In this document: piece after piece, positions 51,515 through 59,261 of the stretch | Position numbering within the stretch: the stretch's first letter is position 1 | How the letters are laid out: each line of letters starts with the position of its first letter | Assembly: GCA_050011835.1 (NCBI GenBank) | Contig: JBEKII010000002.1 | Location: 76,173-140,172, forward strand | From: Minisyncoccia bacterium | GTDB lineage: Bacteria; Patescibacteriota; Minisyncoccia; Phycocordibacterales; Phycocordibacteraceae | Direction: 5' to 3' | Length of the DNA stretch: 64,000 bases | The notes under the pieces: generated by a model | What the model saw: the letters and a program-made list of their open reading frames with translations, nothing else | Database searches by the model: none | Told to the model about the DNA's origin: nothing | Position numbers and translations under genes: made by a program

Positions 51515-52420
51515 TCATCGGTACTGGTTGATGAAATTTTGGAGCTTTAGCGTCTCGCGATGAGCCGCCTCGGCGAAGTCCGCGCCCTTTGATGCGAAGA
51601 TAATGCCTCGTGCCGAGTTGATGATCATGCCTTCCTTGCGGCTATTTTTCCCCGCGGAAACAACTTGCTCCACTTGCTTTTCAAGCGGAACGTCTTTCTG
51701 CTGGAATCCAACACCCGGAATAAGAATCGGCATATCGCCAACGATCCGACGTACTTCTTGGAGTTCATGGGGATATGTTGCCCCCACAACGATGGCACAA
51801 TTTCCGTTTTTGTTCCAGTGGTTTGCTACGCGATGCGCGACGTACTTGTAGAACGGCATATAGCTGTTTGGCTTGTTCTCGTCATCGGCTACTTCTTTAT
51901 CCTGAAATTCTCCTGCGCCAGGATTGGATGTCCGGCAAAGCACGATGATGCCATTATCCGCGCGATCCAGAAACGGCTGAAGTGCCTCTTGTCCTAGATA
52001 TGGATGCACCGTGATCGCGTCTACGTCCAGATACTCGAACGCCATCTTCACGTAACCATTGTTGGTGTTGCCGATATCGGCGCGTTTCGCATCGAGAATT
52101 ATCGGGATGTCCGGCGCAATGGTATGGATGTCGATGATAGTTCTGCGCAAAGCTGCGATACCCTCGTTGCCATGCGCTTCATAAAATGCGGAGTTTGGCT
52201 TGTAAGCACACACGATGTCTCGCGTCGCTTCTACAATTGCTCGATTGAATGCGACAATGACATCGGTAATATTAGGGCTGCGCTCGTTACCGAAAAACGC
52301 GCGCACGCGCTTATGCACGGACTCGGGAATTTTATCAAGCTCGCTATCGAGTCCGACGCAAATGAAGTTACTTTTTTCCCACCGGGCTCTCAACATTTCC
52401 ATGAAGTTTCGTTCTCTCAT
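51515..52420 (-). CDS. pyrF: Orotidine-5'-phosphate decarboxylase
   Basis: CVGLD, YKPNSAFY, LDAKRADIGNT, LCRTSNPG, VVGAT, LIPG. Confidence 0.95.
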   Translation of the reverse strand: MRERNFMEMLRARWEKSNFICVGLDSELDKIPESVHKRVRAFFGNERSPNITDVIVAFNRAIVEATRDIVCAYKPNSAFYEAHGNEGIAALRRTIIDIHTIAPDIPIILDAKRADIGNTNNGYVKMAFEYLDVDAITVHPYLGQEALQPFLDRADNGIIVLCRTSNPGAGEFQDKEVADDENKPNSYMPFYKYVAHRVANHWNKNGNCAIVVGATYPHELQEVRRIVGDMPILIPGVGFQQKDVPLEKQVEQVVSAGKNSRKEGMIINSARGIIFASKGADFAEAAHRETLKLQNFINQYR

Positions 52421-52643
52421 TTCTCTCTCCTTCCTTTGGTTGGGGGTTAACGAGATGAATTGTACCCCGACTCTCATTCGCTGCTTTTTCGGATCGAGGC
52501 ATTCTTACTCTCCCTCCGCATTTCGTGCATATCTCGTAGCGACGACCATCGGCAAGCTTTCCATCTTGGCCTTGGTTACCGGAGATAGGCGTCCTCCCGT
52601 CCTGGCATTCCTCACAGTCCACTACCACGTCCCGGTCTCCCAC
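52368..52643 (-). CDS. Small zinc-ribbon-like protein upstream of pyrF
   Basis: GTG start after AGGAGAGG; CEEC...CTKC; overlaps the pyrF 5' end. Confidence 0.4.
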   Translation of the reverse strand: MGDRDVVVDCEECQDGRTPISGNQGQDGKLADGRRYEICTKCGGRVRMPRSEKAANESRGTIHLVNPQPKEGERNERTKLHGNVESPVGKK

Positions 52644-52761
52644 TTTTTCCTCTCCTTTCTTTACCGAAATGAACAACGATAGCCCGATGTCCGGGCCGAC
52701 TTCCGAGAATGACACTAACAAAAATGTTAATGAAACGCAATTAAGGAGTATACTTTCTTTC

Positions 52762-53205
52762 ATGGTCCTCGTTGAATACAAAAAGGCCTTTCTCAAATAC
52801 GCGCCACTTGAAAGTTTCACGACTGGTATTGAATTGCTTGGCCAAGAGGTAAAAGCGCTGCGGAATAAACTCGGTTCTCTGGATGGCTCGCGCGTGGTGG
52901 TGCGCGGCGGTGAGGCGTTCATTGTTGGTATGACTATTCCGCCATATCAAGTGGCGAACATGCCGAAGAATTATGATAAAGAACGAGCGCGGCGGCTCTT
53001 GCTCACTAAAAAAGAAATCTCTCAACTTGCCGATGCGGAATCTAAGAAGGGATTGACAATTATCCCACTTGAGGTGTATACTGCGGGCAGATTCGTGAAA
53101 GTGCGCATCGCCGTCGTTCGTGGTAAAGGGAAAGCCGACCGCCGCGAAGATTTAAAAAAGCGCGATGCTCTGCGCGAAACGGAACGCGTTTTGAAAACCA
53201 GATAA
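52762..53205 (+). CDS. smpB: SsrA-binding protein
   Basis: GIELLGQEVKALR, R.RRLLL.KKEI, GLTIIPL, GK...DRR; adjacent to tmRNA. Confidence 0.93.
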   Translation: MVLVEYKKAFLKYAPLESFTTGIELLGQEVKALRNKLGSLDGSRVVVRGGEAFIVGMTIPPYQVANMPKNYDKERARRLLLTKKEISQLADAESKKGLTIIPLEVYTAGRFVKVRIAVVRGKGKADRREDLKKRDALRETERVLKTR

Positions 53206-53254
53206 TTCGATCAGTCGCTGTCAGCTTGTAGGCATTTGTGCGTATAATTTAACA

Positions 53255-53675
53255 GGGGGTGACCGGCTTTGACGGTCTGTTCTTTGAAAGACGTGCGGCG
53301 CAGTGCACTCCCGTTCACCACTTAAAACTGGCGGGAAACAAACTTGCCAAGAACACTCTTGCAAGCGCGAAGTCGCCTTACTTCGGTAAGGTCGGCGATA
53401 TCGCGTTCGCCTACGCGACGGCTCGCGGTTAACGCCACGACCCTTCTCGCCTAGCGCGACGTTTGTCCTCTAACGGTGCTCACAGCGCGAGGACGGGCGG
53501 AATTTTCTGTGAAATCGATGCCCGGAATCCCGACCGGCACATTTAAATAAGGGATCGGGCAGGAATGGTTTCGTTGGTGTTCCTCACATCCTGCCTTAAA
53601 ATTAACGCTGACTATGCGTCGTAGAAACGCTTTCATCAACTGACTCGGACCGGGGTTCAATTCCCCGCACCTCCA
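53255..53675 (+). ncRNA. ssrA: tmRNA
   Basis: GGGGGTG...CACCTCCA acceptor with G3:U70, GGACCGGGGTTCAATTCCCCG T-arm, internal tag ORF 53346-53432, TATAAT upstream. Confidence 0.93.
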
Positions 53676-53685
53676 CATAGGTCTG

Positions 53686-53712
53686 CAAAAATCGCCGATA
53701 GGCGGTTTTTGT
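53686..53712 (+). terminator. Terminator after ssrA
   Basis: GCAAAAATCGCC-gata-GGCGGTTTTTGT. Confidence 0.75.
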
Positions 53713-53763
53713 GTTGGGTTGGACAGATTACCAAAAAATTAGCGTTATGGTATAGTACTTTTC

Positions 53764-55686
53764 GTGGCAACTGCATCCCAAAAACCGAAAAATAAAAAGA
53801 CCGCACCGCCGTCTCCGAAACGGCGGGGTTGGCGCGCGCTCCTCGGCGGCCCGTCCTTTTTCGGCAACCTCACGACTACCGTACTCATATTCCTTCTTCT
53901 TATGAGTTTGTATTCGCTCTTTACGAGTTTTTCCCAGCCGAACAATATTATTCCCCTGTCAACTGTTGCGGCTGATGTTGCGGCGGGGAAGGTAACTTCA
54001 ATTACGGTCAACGGCGATTCGCTTAATCTCACTTATGCTGACAAGTCCGTGAAGACGTCGCGCAAGGACCCTTCCGCCGGTCTCCCGGAGACGCTCGCGA
54101 CGTATGGCGTCACTCCCGCGGAGCTTGCAAAAGTTTCGATTACGGTACAAGGACAGTCGGGATTTGAATTTTGGTTTGTCACGCTCGCGCCGATTATTTT
54201 GCCGCTTCTTTTCATCGTGTTTATTTTTTGGTTTCTCTCGCGTCAGGTGCGCGGGGCGGGGATGCAGGCCTTTACTTTCGGTCAATCCAAAGCGCGCATC
54301 ATTGATCCCGCCGATTCCTCGCAGCGCGTTACGTTTGCCGATGTCGCGGGCGCACGCGAAGCGAAGGAAGAACTTTTGGAGATTGTGGATTTCCTCAAGA
54401 GTCCGAAAAAATTCTTGGATATTGGCGCGCGAATTCCGAAGGGCATTATCCTGATGGGCGCGCCGGGGACGGGTAAGACGTTGCTTGCGCGCGCGGTTGC
54501 TGGCGAAGCGGGCGTACCGTTCTTTTCTATCTCGGGCTCTGAATTCGTTGAGATGTTTGTCGGCGTTGGTGCGTCACGCGTGCGCGACCTCTTCCAGATG
54601 GCGAAAAAAGCCGCACCGGCGATTATCTTCGTTGACGAGCTTGACGCCGTCGGGCGCGTACGCGGCACGGGCGTTGGCGGAGGCAATGATGAACGCGAAC
54701 AAACGCTCAATCAAATCCTCGTAGAAATGGACGGTTTTGAGCCGACAGAAAAAGTCGTGGTTATGGCGGCGACCAATAGGCCTGACGTTCTGGATTCGGC
54801 CCTGCTTCGGCCCGGACGCTTTGACCGCCGCGTCACTATTGACCTCCCGGACCGTCGCGACCGTGAAGAAATTCTGCAAATTCATGCGCGGCAAAAGCCG
54901 CTGGGGCCGGACGTCAATCTCGCCATTATCGCCGAACGCACCCCCGGTTTTTCTGGTGCCGAATTGTATTCACTGATGAATGAAGGAGCGATTCTCGCCG
55001 CACGCGAGAATCGGAAAGAAGTCACGCAATACGATCTCATCCGTTCCATAGAAAAAGTAATGCTTGGTCCGGAACGCAAGAGCCATTTGCTTTCAAAGAA
55101 AGAAAAGGAAATAACCGCATACCACGAGGCCGGCCACGCACTTGTTTCTTCGGTGCTTCCAAATGCCGACCCGGTGCACAAAATCTCAATTATCAGCCGC
55201 GGCCGTGCAGCCGGATACACTTTGAAACTTCCGTTTGAAGACAAAAAAATGCAATCGCGGAAGCAATTTTTGGACGATATCGCAACAACTCTGGGCGGTT
55301 ATGTCGCCGAAGAGATGCTCTTTAACGATGTAACGACGGGACCGAGCAACGACCTCGTTATGGTCACGGCGATTGCCCGCGATATGATTATGCATTATGG
55401 AATGAGCGAGAAGCTCGGGCCGATTGCGTTCGGCGATCGCCAGCTTGGGAACGAGCCGTATTCCGAAAAAGTCGCGGCCGAGATTGACGCCGAAGTGACG
55501 CGCATCGTTGACGAAGCGAAGGCGCGCGCGAAACAAACCATCAGCGAGCATCGTGGCGCGCTTGATGCTATTGCGAAGGAACTCATTGAAAAGGAAACCA
55601 TTGAACGCGCTGATTTTGAAAAAATTCTCATCGCCAATGGCATCACGCCCAAAAAGCGCGACGAGGAGGAGAGTGTTGTAGTATAA
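53764..55686 (+). CDS. ftsH: ATP-dependent zinc metalloprotease FtsH
   Basis: Two TMs, GAPGTGKT, second region of homology, HEAGH. Confidence 0.97.
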   Translation: MATASQKPKNKKTAPPSPKRRGWRALLGGPSFFGNLTTTVLIFLLLMSLYSLFTSFSQPNNIIPLSTVAADVAAGKVTSITVNGDSLNLTYADKSVKTSRKDPSAGLPETLATYGVTPAELAKVSITVQGQSGFEFWFVTLAPIILPLLFIVFIFWFLSRQVRGAGMQAFTFGQSKARIIDPADSSQRVTFADVAGAREAKEELLEIVDFLKSPKKFLDIGARIPKGIILMGAPGTGKTLLARAVAGEAGVPFFSISGSEFVEMFVGVGASRVRDLFQMAKKAAPAIIFVDELDAVGRVRGTGVGGGNDEREQTLNQILVEMDGFEPTEKVVVMAATNRPDVLDSALLRPGRFDRRVTIDLPDRRDREEILQIHARQKPLGPDVNLAIIAERTPGFSGAELYSLMNEGAILAARENRKEVTQYDLIRSIEKVMLGPERKSHLLSKKEKEITAYHEAGHALVSSVLPNADPVHKISIISRGRAAGYTLKLPFEDKKMQSRKQFLDDIATTLGGYVAEEMLFNDVTTGPSNDLVMVTAIARDMIMHYGMSEKLGPIAFGDRQLGNEPYSEKVAAEIDAEVTRIVDEAKARAKQTISEHRGALDAIAKELIEKETIERADFEKILIANGITPKKRDEEESVVV

Positions 55687-55692
55687 AAATAG

Positions 55693-55766
55693 CCGCCCCT
55701 AGCTTAATTGGTTAAAGCCCCGAGCTTATACCTCGGTGAGTCTTGGTTCAAGTCCAAGGGGGCGGA
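55693..55766 (+). tRNA. tRNA-Ile(TAT)
   Basis: CCGCCCC/GGGGCGG acceptor, CCGAG-CT TAT AC-CTCGG anticodon arm, CTTGG-TTCAAGT-CCAAG T-arm, A73. Confidence 0.88.
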
Positions 55767-55776
55767 CTAAATAAAT

Positions 55777-56292
55777 ATGATCACTCCTGGCCAAGAAAAA
55801 TATCTTGCAACTCTGCCGAACGGAAGAATTGCCCACGTAAAACCCTTTGATCCTTTGGCTCGAGAAACAGGACTTGCTCTCGTTGCTGAAATTAAAAAGG
55901 CTTTACCCGAGGTAGCGATTTATTATATCGGCTCTTCTGTACTAGGTATTGCTGGCGAAAATGATATAGATATCAGTATCATAAGCGCAGGATTATTCGG
56001 AACGGAATTATCCGCGTTAGAAAGTTTGTATGACAAACCAACAAGTTATAAGCCCGATAAAAAACGAGCAGAGTGGAAATTTGAGAGAAATAATTTTCCT
56101 GTTGAACTTTATTTCAAAGGAGAAATGACGCCGCTTTTTGCTGAACAACTAAAAACGCACGAAATTCTTAAGCGTTCTCCTGTATTGGCAAAAGAGTATG
56201 AACAAATAAAACTTGCCGCCGGCGGATTAAATTGGAAAGATTATATGCGCCGGAAATACGAATTCTTCAATAGAATCTCTGGCGCGAATTAA
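55777..56292 (+). CDS. GrpB-family nucleotidyltransferase-like protein
   Basis: IGSS..GI.G..DIDI, EYEQIK...Y...KYEF. Confidence 0.8.
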   Translation: MITPGQEKYLATLPNGRIAHVKPFDPLARETGLALVAEIKKALPEVAIYYIGSSVLGIAGENDIDISIISAGLFGTELSALESLYDKPTSYKPDKKRAEWKFERNNFPVELYFKGEMTPLFAEQLKTHEILKRSPVLAKEYEQIKLAAGGLNWKDYMRRKYEFFNRISGAN

Positions 56293-56306
56293 AATTTTGC
56301 TCAGAG

Positions 56307-56359
56307 CTATTACAAATGCATCTCTTCGCCGATCTTACGTTCGAGTCGTGGTGGGCGCA
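56307..56359. repeat. Hybrid recG-3'-end / tRNA-3'-end repeat, copy A
   Basis: 42/53 identity to 56671-56723; minus strand encodes ...GEEMHL**; right half is 16/22 to the tRNA-Ile 3' end. Confidence 0.8.
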
Positions 56360-56439
56360 CAAATTAAGAGAGGTAACCTTATATTTCTTTGTGAGGTATA
56401 ATTATTTTAGAGAGCCAGAAAACCTTGAGGAGGTGGAAA

Positions 56440-56622
56440 ATGAAGAAGAAAGTCAGTTGTGAACTAACGCAGGAAGTGGGCGAAAGGGAGGAAAAAAAGA
56501 ATTCGGAAGCTCTTGAGCACCTGACACCATCTCCGAAGTTGAATAAAATAATAGAGGAGGAGCTTGACCCGAGTGGTGTAGGAGTGAACGAACTTTCAAG
56601 ATTACTGGAAAGGTTGAATTAG
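56440..56622 (+). CDS. 60-aa cassette microprotein 1
   Basis: TATAAT, AGGAGGT SD and downstream terminator. Confidence 0.7.
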   Translation: MKKKVSCELTQEVGEREEKKNSEALEHLTPSPKLNKIIEEELDPSGVGVNELSRLLERLN

Positions 56623-56648
56623 ATTAGAAAGGTCACAGGGGGGGGAAT

Positions 56649-56675
56649 AAGAGGGGCCGGCCCCTCTTTTTTATT
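56649..56675 (+). terminator. Terminator of micro-cassette 1
   Basis: AAGAGGGGCCGGCCCCTCTTTTTT. Confidence 0.75.
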
Positions 56676-56723
56676 CCAGACGCATCTCTTCGCTGACTTT
56701 ACGTTCGAGTCATGCTAGACGCA
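56671..56723. repeat. Hybrid recG-3'-end / tRNA-3'-end repeat, copy B
   Basis: First 25 nt are 23/25 identical to the recG end (57040-57064); minus strand encodes ...SEEMRLE*. Confidence 0.85.
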
Positions 56724-56803
56724 TCTTAAGGTTTTGATGTATAATTAACTCCAGCTAGAGAATCTTTAGAGTACTGTTCCTTGAGGGAGGAGGTGAAAGT
56801 AAA

Positions 56804-57001
56804 ATGGATAAAGAGATCAGTCATGGATCAATGGAAGAAGTGTTAAGAAATGCGTTGACTAACCCAAAGCATTTCGAAGGTGGTAATCCTCTACCAACAC
56901 CACTTTCAGAACTAAATGCACAAATAAAAAAGTATGACCCGGATGGTAAAAAGGCACTCGAGATAGTAAGGAACATGCGTAAGAAAAAGAAGAAAAAATA
57001 G
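56804..57001 (+). CDS. 65-aa cassette microprotein 2
   Basis: TATAAT, GGAGGAGGT SD, hairpin GAGGGGA-cttgc-TCCCCTC downstream. Confidence 0.72.
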   Translation: MDKEISHGSMEEVLRNALTNPKHFEGGNPLPTPLSELNAQIKKYDPDGKKALEIVRNMRKKKKKK

Positions 57002-57039
57002 TTACAGATGTAATGATGAGGGGACTTGCTCCCCTCTCT

Positions 57040-59205
57040 TTATTCCAGATGCATTTCTTCGCTGGCGGAACGGGAGCGGAGAAGAAGCGCGGGATGATTT
57101 TTTAGTTCGGGGTCGGCGGCGACCAGAGTCGCCGCTTCAGTACGGGCGGCTTCAACGAGTTTAATATTTTTTAATGCTTCCATCGCGATATCCGAAACGC
57201 CCCACTGTTTGCCGCCCGCGAGCTCGCCCGCGCCGCGAAGCGCGAGGTCATATTCGGCGAGCTCAAATCCATTTTTTGCGGAAGTGAATGCTTTCATCCG
57301 TCCGCGCGTCATTTCGCCGAACGATTCGGGAAATGCGAAGCAGTACGACTGATACGTTGAACGGAGAACGCGCCCGCGTAGCTGATGCAGCTGCGCGAGC
57401 CCGAAGCGCTCGGCGCCTTCAATAAGGATGACAGTCGCGTTCGGAACATTGACACCCACTTCAATGACGGACGTTGCGACGAGAATATCTATGTTTCCAT
57501 TTTCAAAATCCCTCATCGTGTTTTCCTTTTCTGCTGGCCGCATTTTGCTGTGGAGAATGCCTATAGTCGCTTCGGGGAAGATACTTTTTTTCAAACGAGC
57601 TGCCTCAGCCTTAACCGATTTCGCCTGGAGCGCAAGCTCTTTCGCAGGGTCCGGTTCATCAATGCGCGGGCAGATGATATATGCCTGATGGCCGGCGGAT
57701 AATTCGACGCGAATGCGCTCATATGCGCGTTCTCGCTCCTTTGGTCCGAGCACTTCAGTTATGACTTTTTTCCTGCCCGCGGGCATTTCATCAAGAAGCG
57801 TGAGATCAAGGTCGCCATAAATGGTGAGCGCGAGCGTGCGCGGAATGGGCGTCGCCGTCATTGAAAGCAGGTGCGGCGCCACTCCTCCTTTCGTTGCGAG
57901 TTTTTGCCGATGTATGGTGCCGAAACGGTGTTGCTCGTCAATGATGGCATACGCGAGGTATTTGAACGAAAGCGATTTCTCAATGAGCGCGTGCGTGCCG
58001 ATGACAATGGGAATTTCGCCATTCGCTACCATTTTCTTAAATGCCGTTTTGGAAAGTTTCGCGGATTCTTCGTAACGGACTCGGGAAGGAAATTTTCGGC
58101 ATTCGCTCCCGGTGATGAGACCGATGGGGATGGGATGGTCGCGGAAATATGAGACGAAAGTGGAAAAATGTTGTTTTGCGAGGACCTCGGTCGGGCAAAG
58201 ATACGCAACTTGAAGTGTTCCTGCGATTCTCTCGAAAGGAAGTGATGTCGCAACAAGATACGCCGTCGCAGCTGCAACGGCGGTCTTGCCGCTTCCCACA
58301 TCGCCTTCAAGAAGGCGCAGCATCGGGTGCGTTTTTTCGAAATCAGCGACGATTGTCTCAATTGCGCGCGTCTGCGCGGAGGTCGCGGGGAAGGGGAATG
58401 ACGCGACGAAATCGGAGAGCGCCTCGCGGTCAATCGTAACTGACAATGCCTTCTGCGCCGCGAGGACGCGGCGCCGTCCTTGCATTATGACCTGGAGTGC
58501 GAAAACCTCTTCAAAGGCAAAACGTTTGCGCGCCGCAGTCGCATCGGATATTTTCTGCGGCGCATGTATAAAAACGAGTGCAGAGGCGAGTACGGGCAAG
58601 TTATAACGCGCGAGAATTTCCGGCGGGATAGGATCTTCAAAATGCTCGTGTGCTTTTGCCTCAATTATTTTTCTGATGGCATGCAAAAACCATAAAGAAG
58701 AAATTCCCTGACTTTCCGAATAGATCGGGTACACCGCCTCTTCTTTTTGCGCTCCTCTTTTTATAAAGAGGGAGTTATGTACGGATTCAGGAACAACGGG
58801 TGATTTATCGATAGACGGATTCGCGAGGTACACTTTTACTCCTGTTCCTACCACTTTTCCGCTTACTTTCACCACCATTCCGTCATATAAGGTCTTCGCG
58901 ATATATGGCTGGGAGAACCATATCATTTTTATTTTTCCCGACGCATCTTCCAGCCACGCCTCGGCAATCGGTCGGCGACTCTTCCAGGTTTTACGAATAT
59001 CGGGCTTGCGCACCGTTCCGTAAAGCGTTACATCGCCTCCGACTGTCGTGCCGGCAATCGTCCCTGTTGCGCCGGCCTGTTCGTATCGGGCGGGGAAATG
59101 GTAGAGCAAATCACGAATCGTCCGTATCTTCAGCTTATGCAGAGCGCGCTTCTGTTCAGGTTTTAGGCGAGTGAAATGCTTATCAACAAGGTCCTCGGGC
59201 TGCAT
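57040..59205 (-). CDS. recG: ATP-dependent DNA helicase RecG
   Basis: GDVGSGKT, DEQHRFG, MTATPIPRTL, QLHQLRGRV, DLALRGAGEL. Confidence 0.97.
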   Translation of the reverse strand: MQPEDLVDKHFTRLKPEQKRALHKLKIRTIRDLLYHFPARYEQAGATGTIAGTTVGGDVTLYGTVRKPDIRKTWKSRRPIAEAWLEDASGKIKMIWFSQPYIAKTLYDGMVVKVSGKVVGTGVKVYLANPSIDKSPVVPESVHNSLFIKRGAQKEEAVYPIYSESQGISSLWFLHAIRKIIEAKAHEHFEDPIPPEILARYNLPVLASALVFIHAPQKISDATAARKRFAFEEVFALQVIMQGRRRVLAAQKALSVTIDREALSDFVASFPFPATSAQTRAIETIVADFEKTHPMLRLLEGDVGSGKTAVAAATAYLVATSLPFERIAGTLQVAYLCPTEVLAKQHFSTFVSYFRDHPIPIGLITGSECRKFPSRVRYEESAKLSKTAFKKMVANGEIPIVIGTHALIEKSLSFKYLAYAIIDEQHRFGTIHRQKLATKGGVAPHLLSMTATPIPRTLALTIYGDLDLTLLDEMPAGRKKVITEVLGPKERERAYERIRVELSAGHQAYIICPRIDEPDPAKELALQAKSVKAEAARLKKSIFPEATIGILHSKMRPAEKENTMRDFENGNIDILVATSVIEVGVNVPNATVILIEGAERFGLAQLHQLRGRVLRSTYQSYCFAFPESFGEMTRGRMKAFTSAKNGFELAEYDLALRGAGELAGGKQWGVSDIAMEALKNIKLVEAARTEAATLVAADPELKNHPALLLRSRSASEEMHLE

Positions 59206-59261
59206 GGGTAACAGTATAGCTTGAGGTATATACTATACGTTACTAAACTCTTTTCATTAAA

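Noticed and set aside
56330-56725. Additional tRNA genes at the GTTCGAGTC motifs
   Set aside because: Only T-loop/3'-end-like fragments; no D arm or anticodon arm
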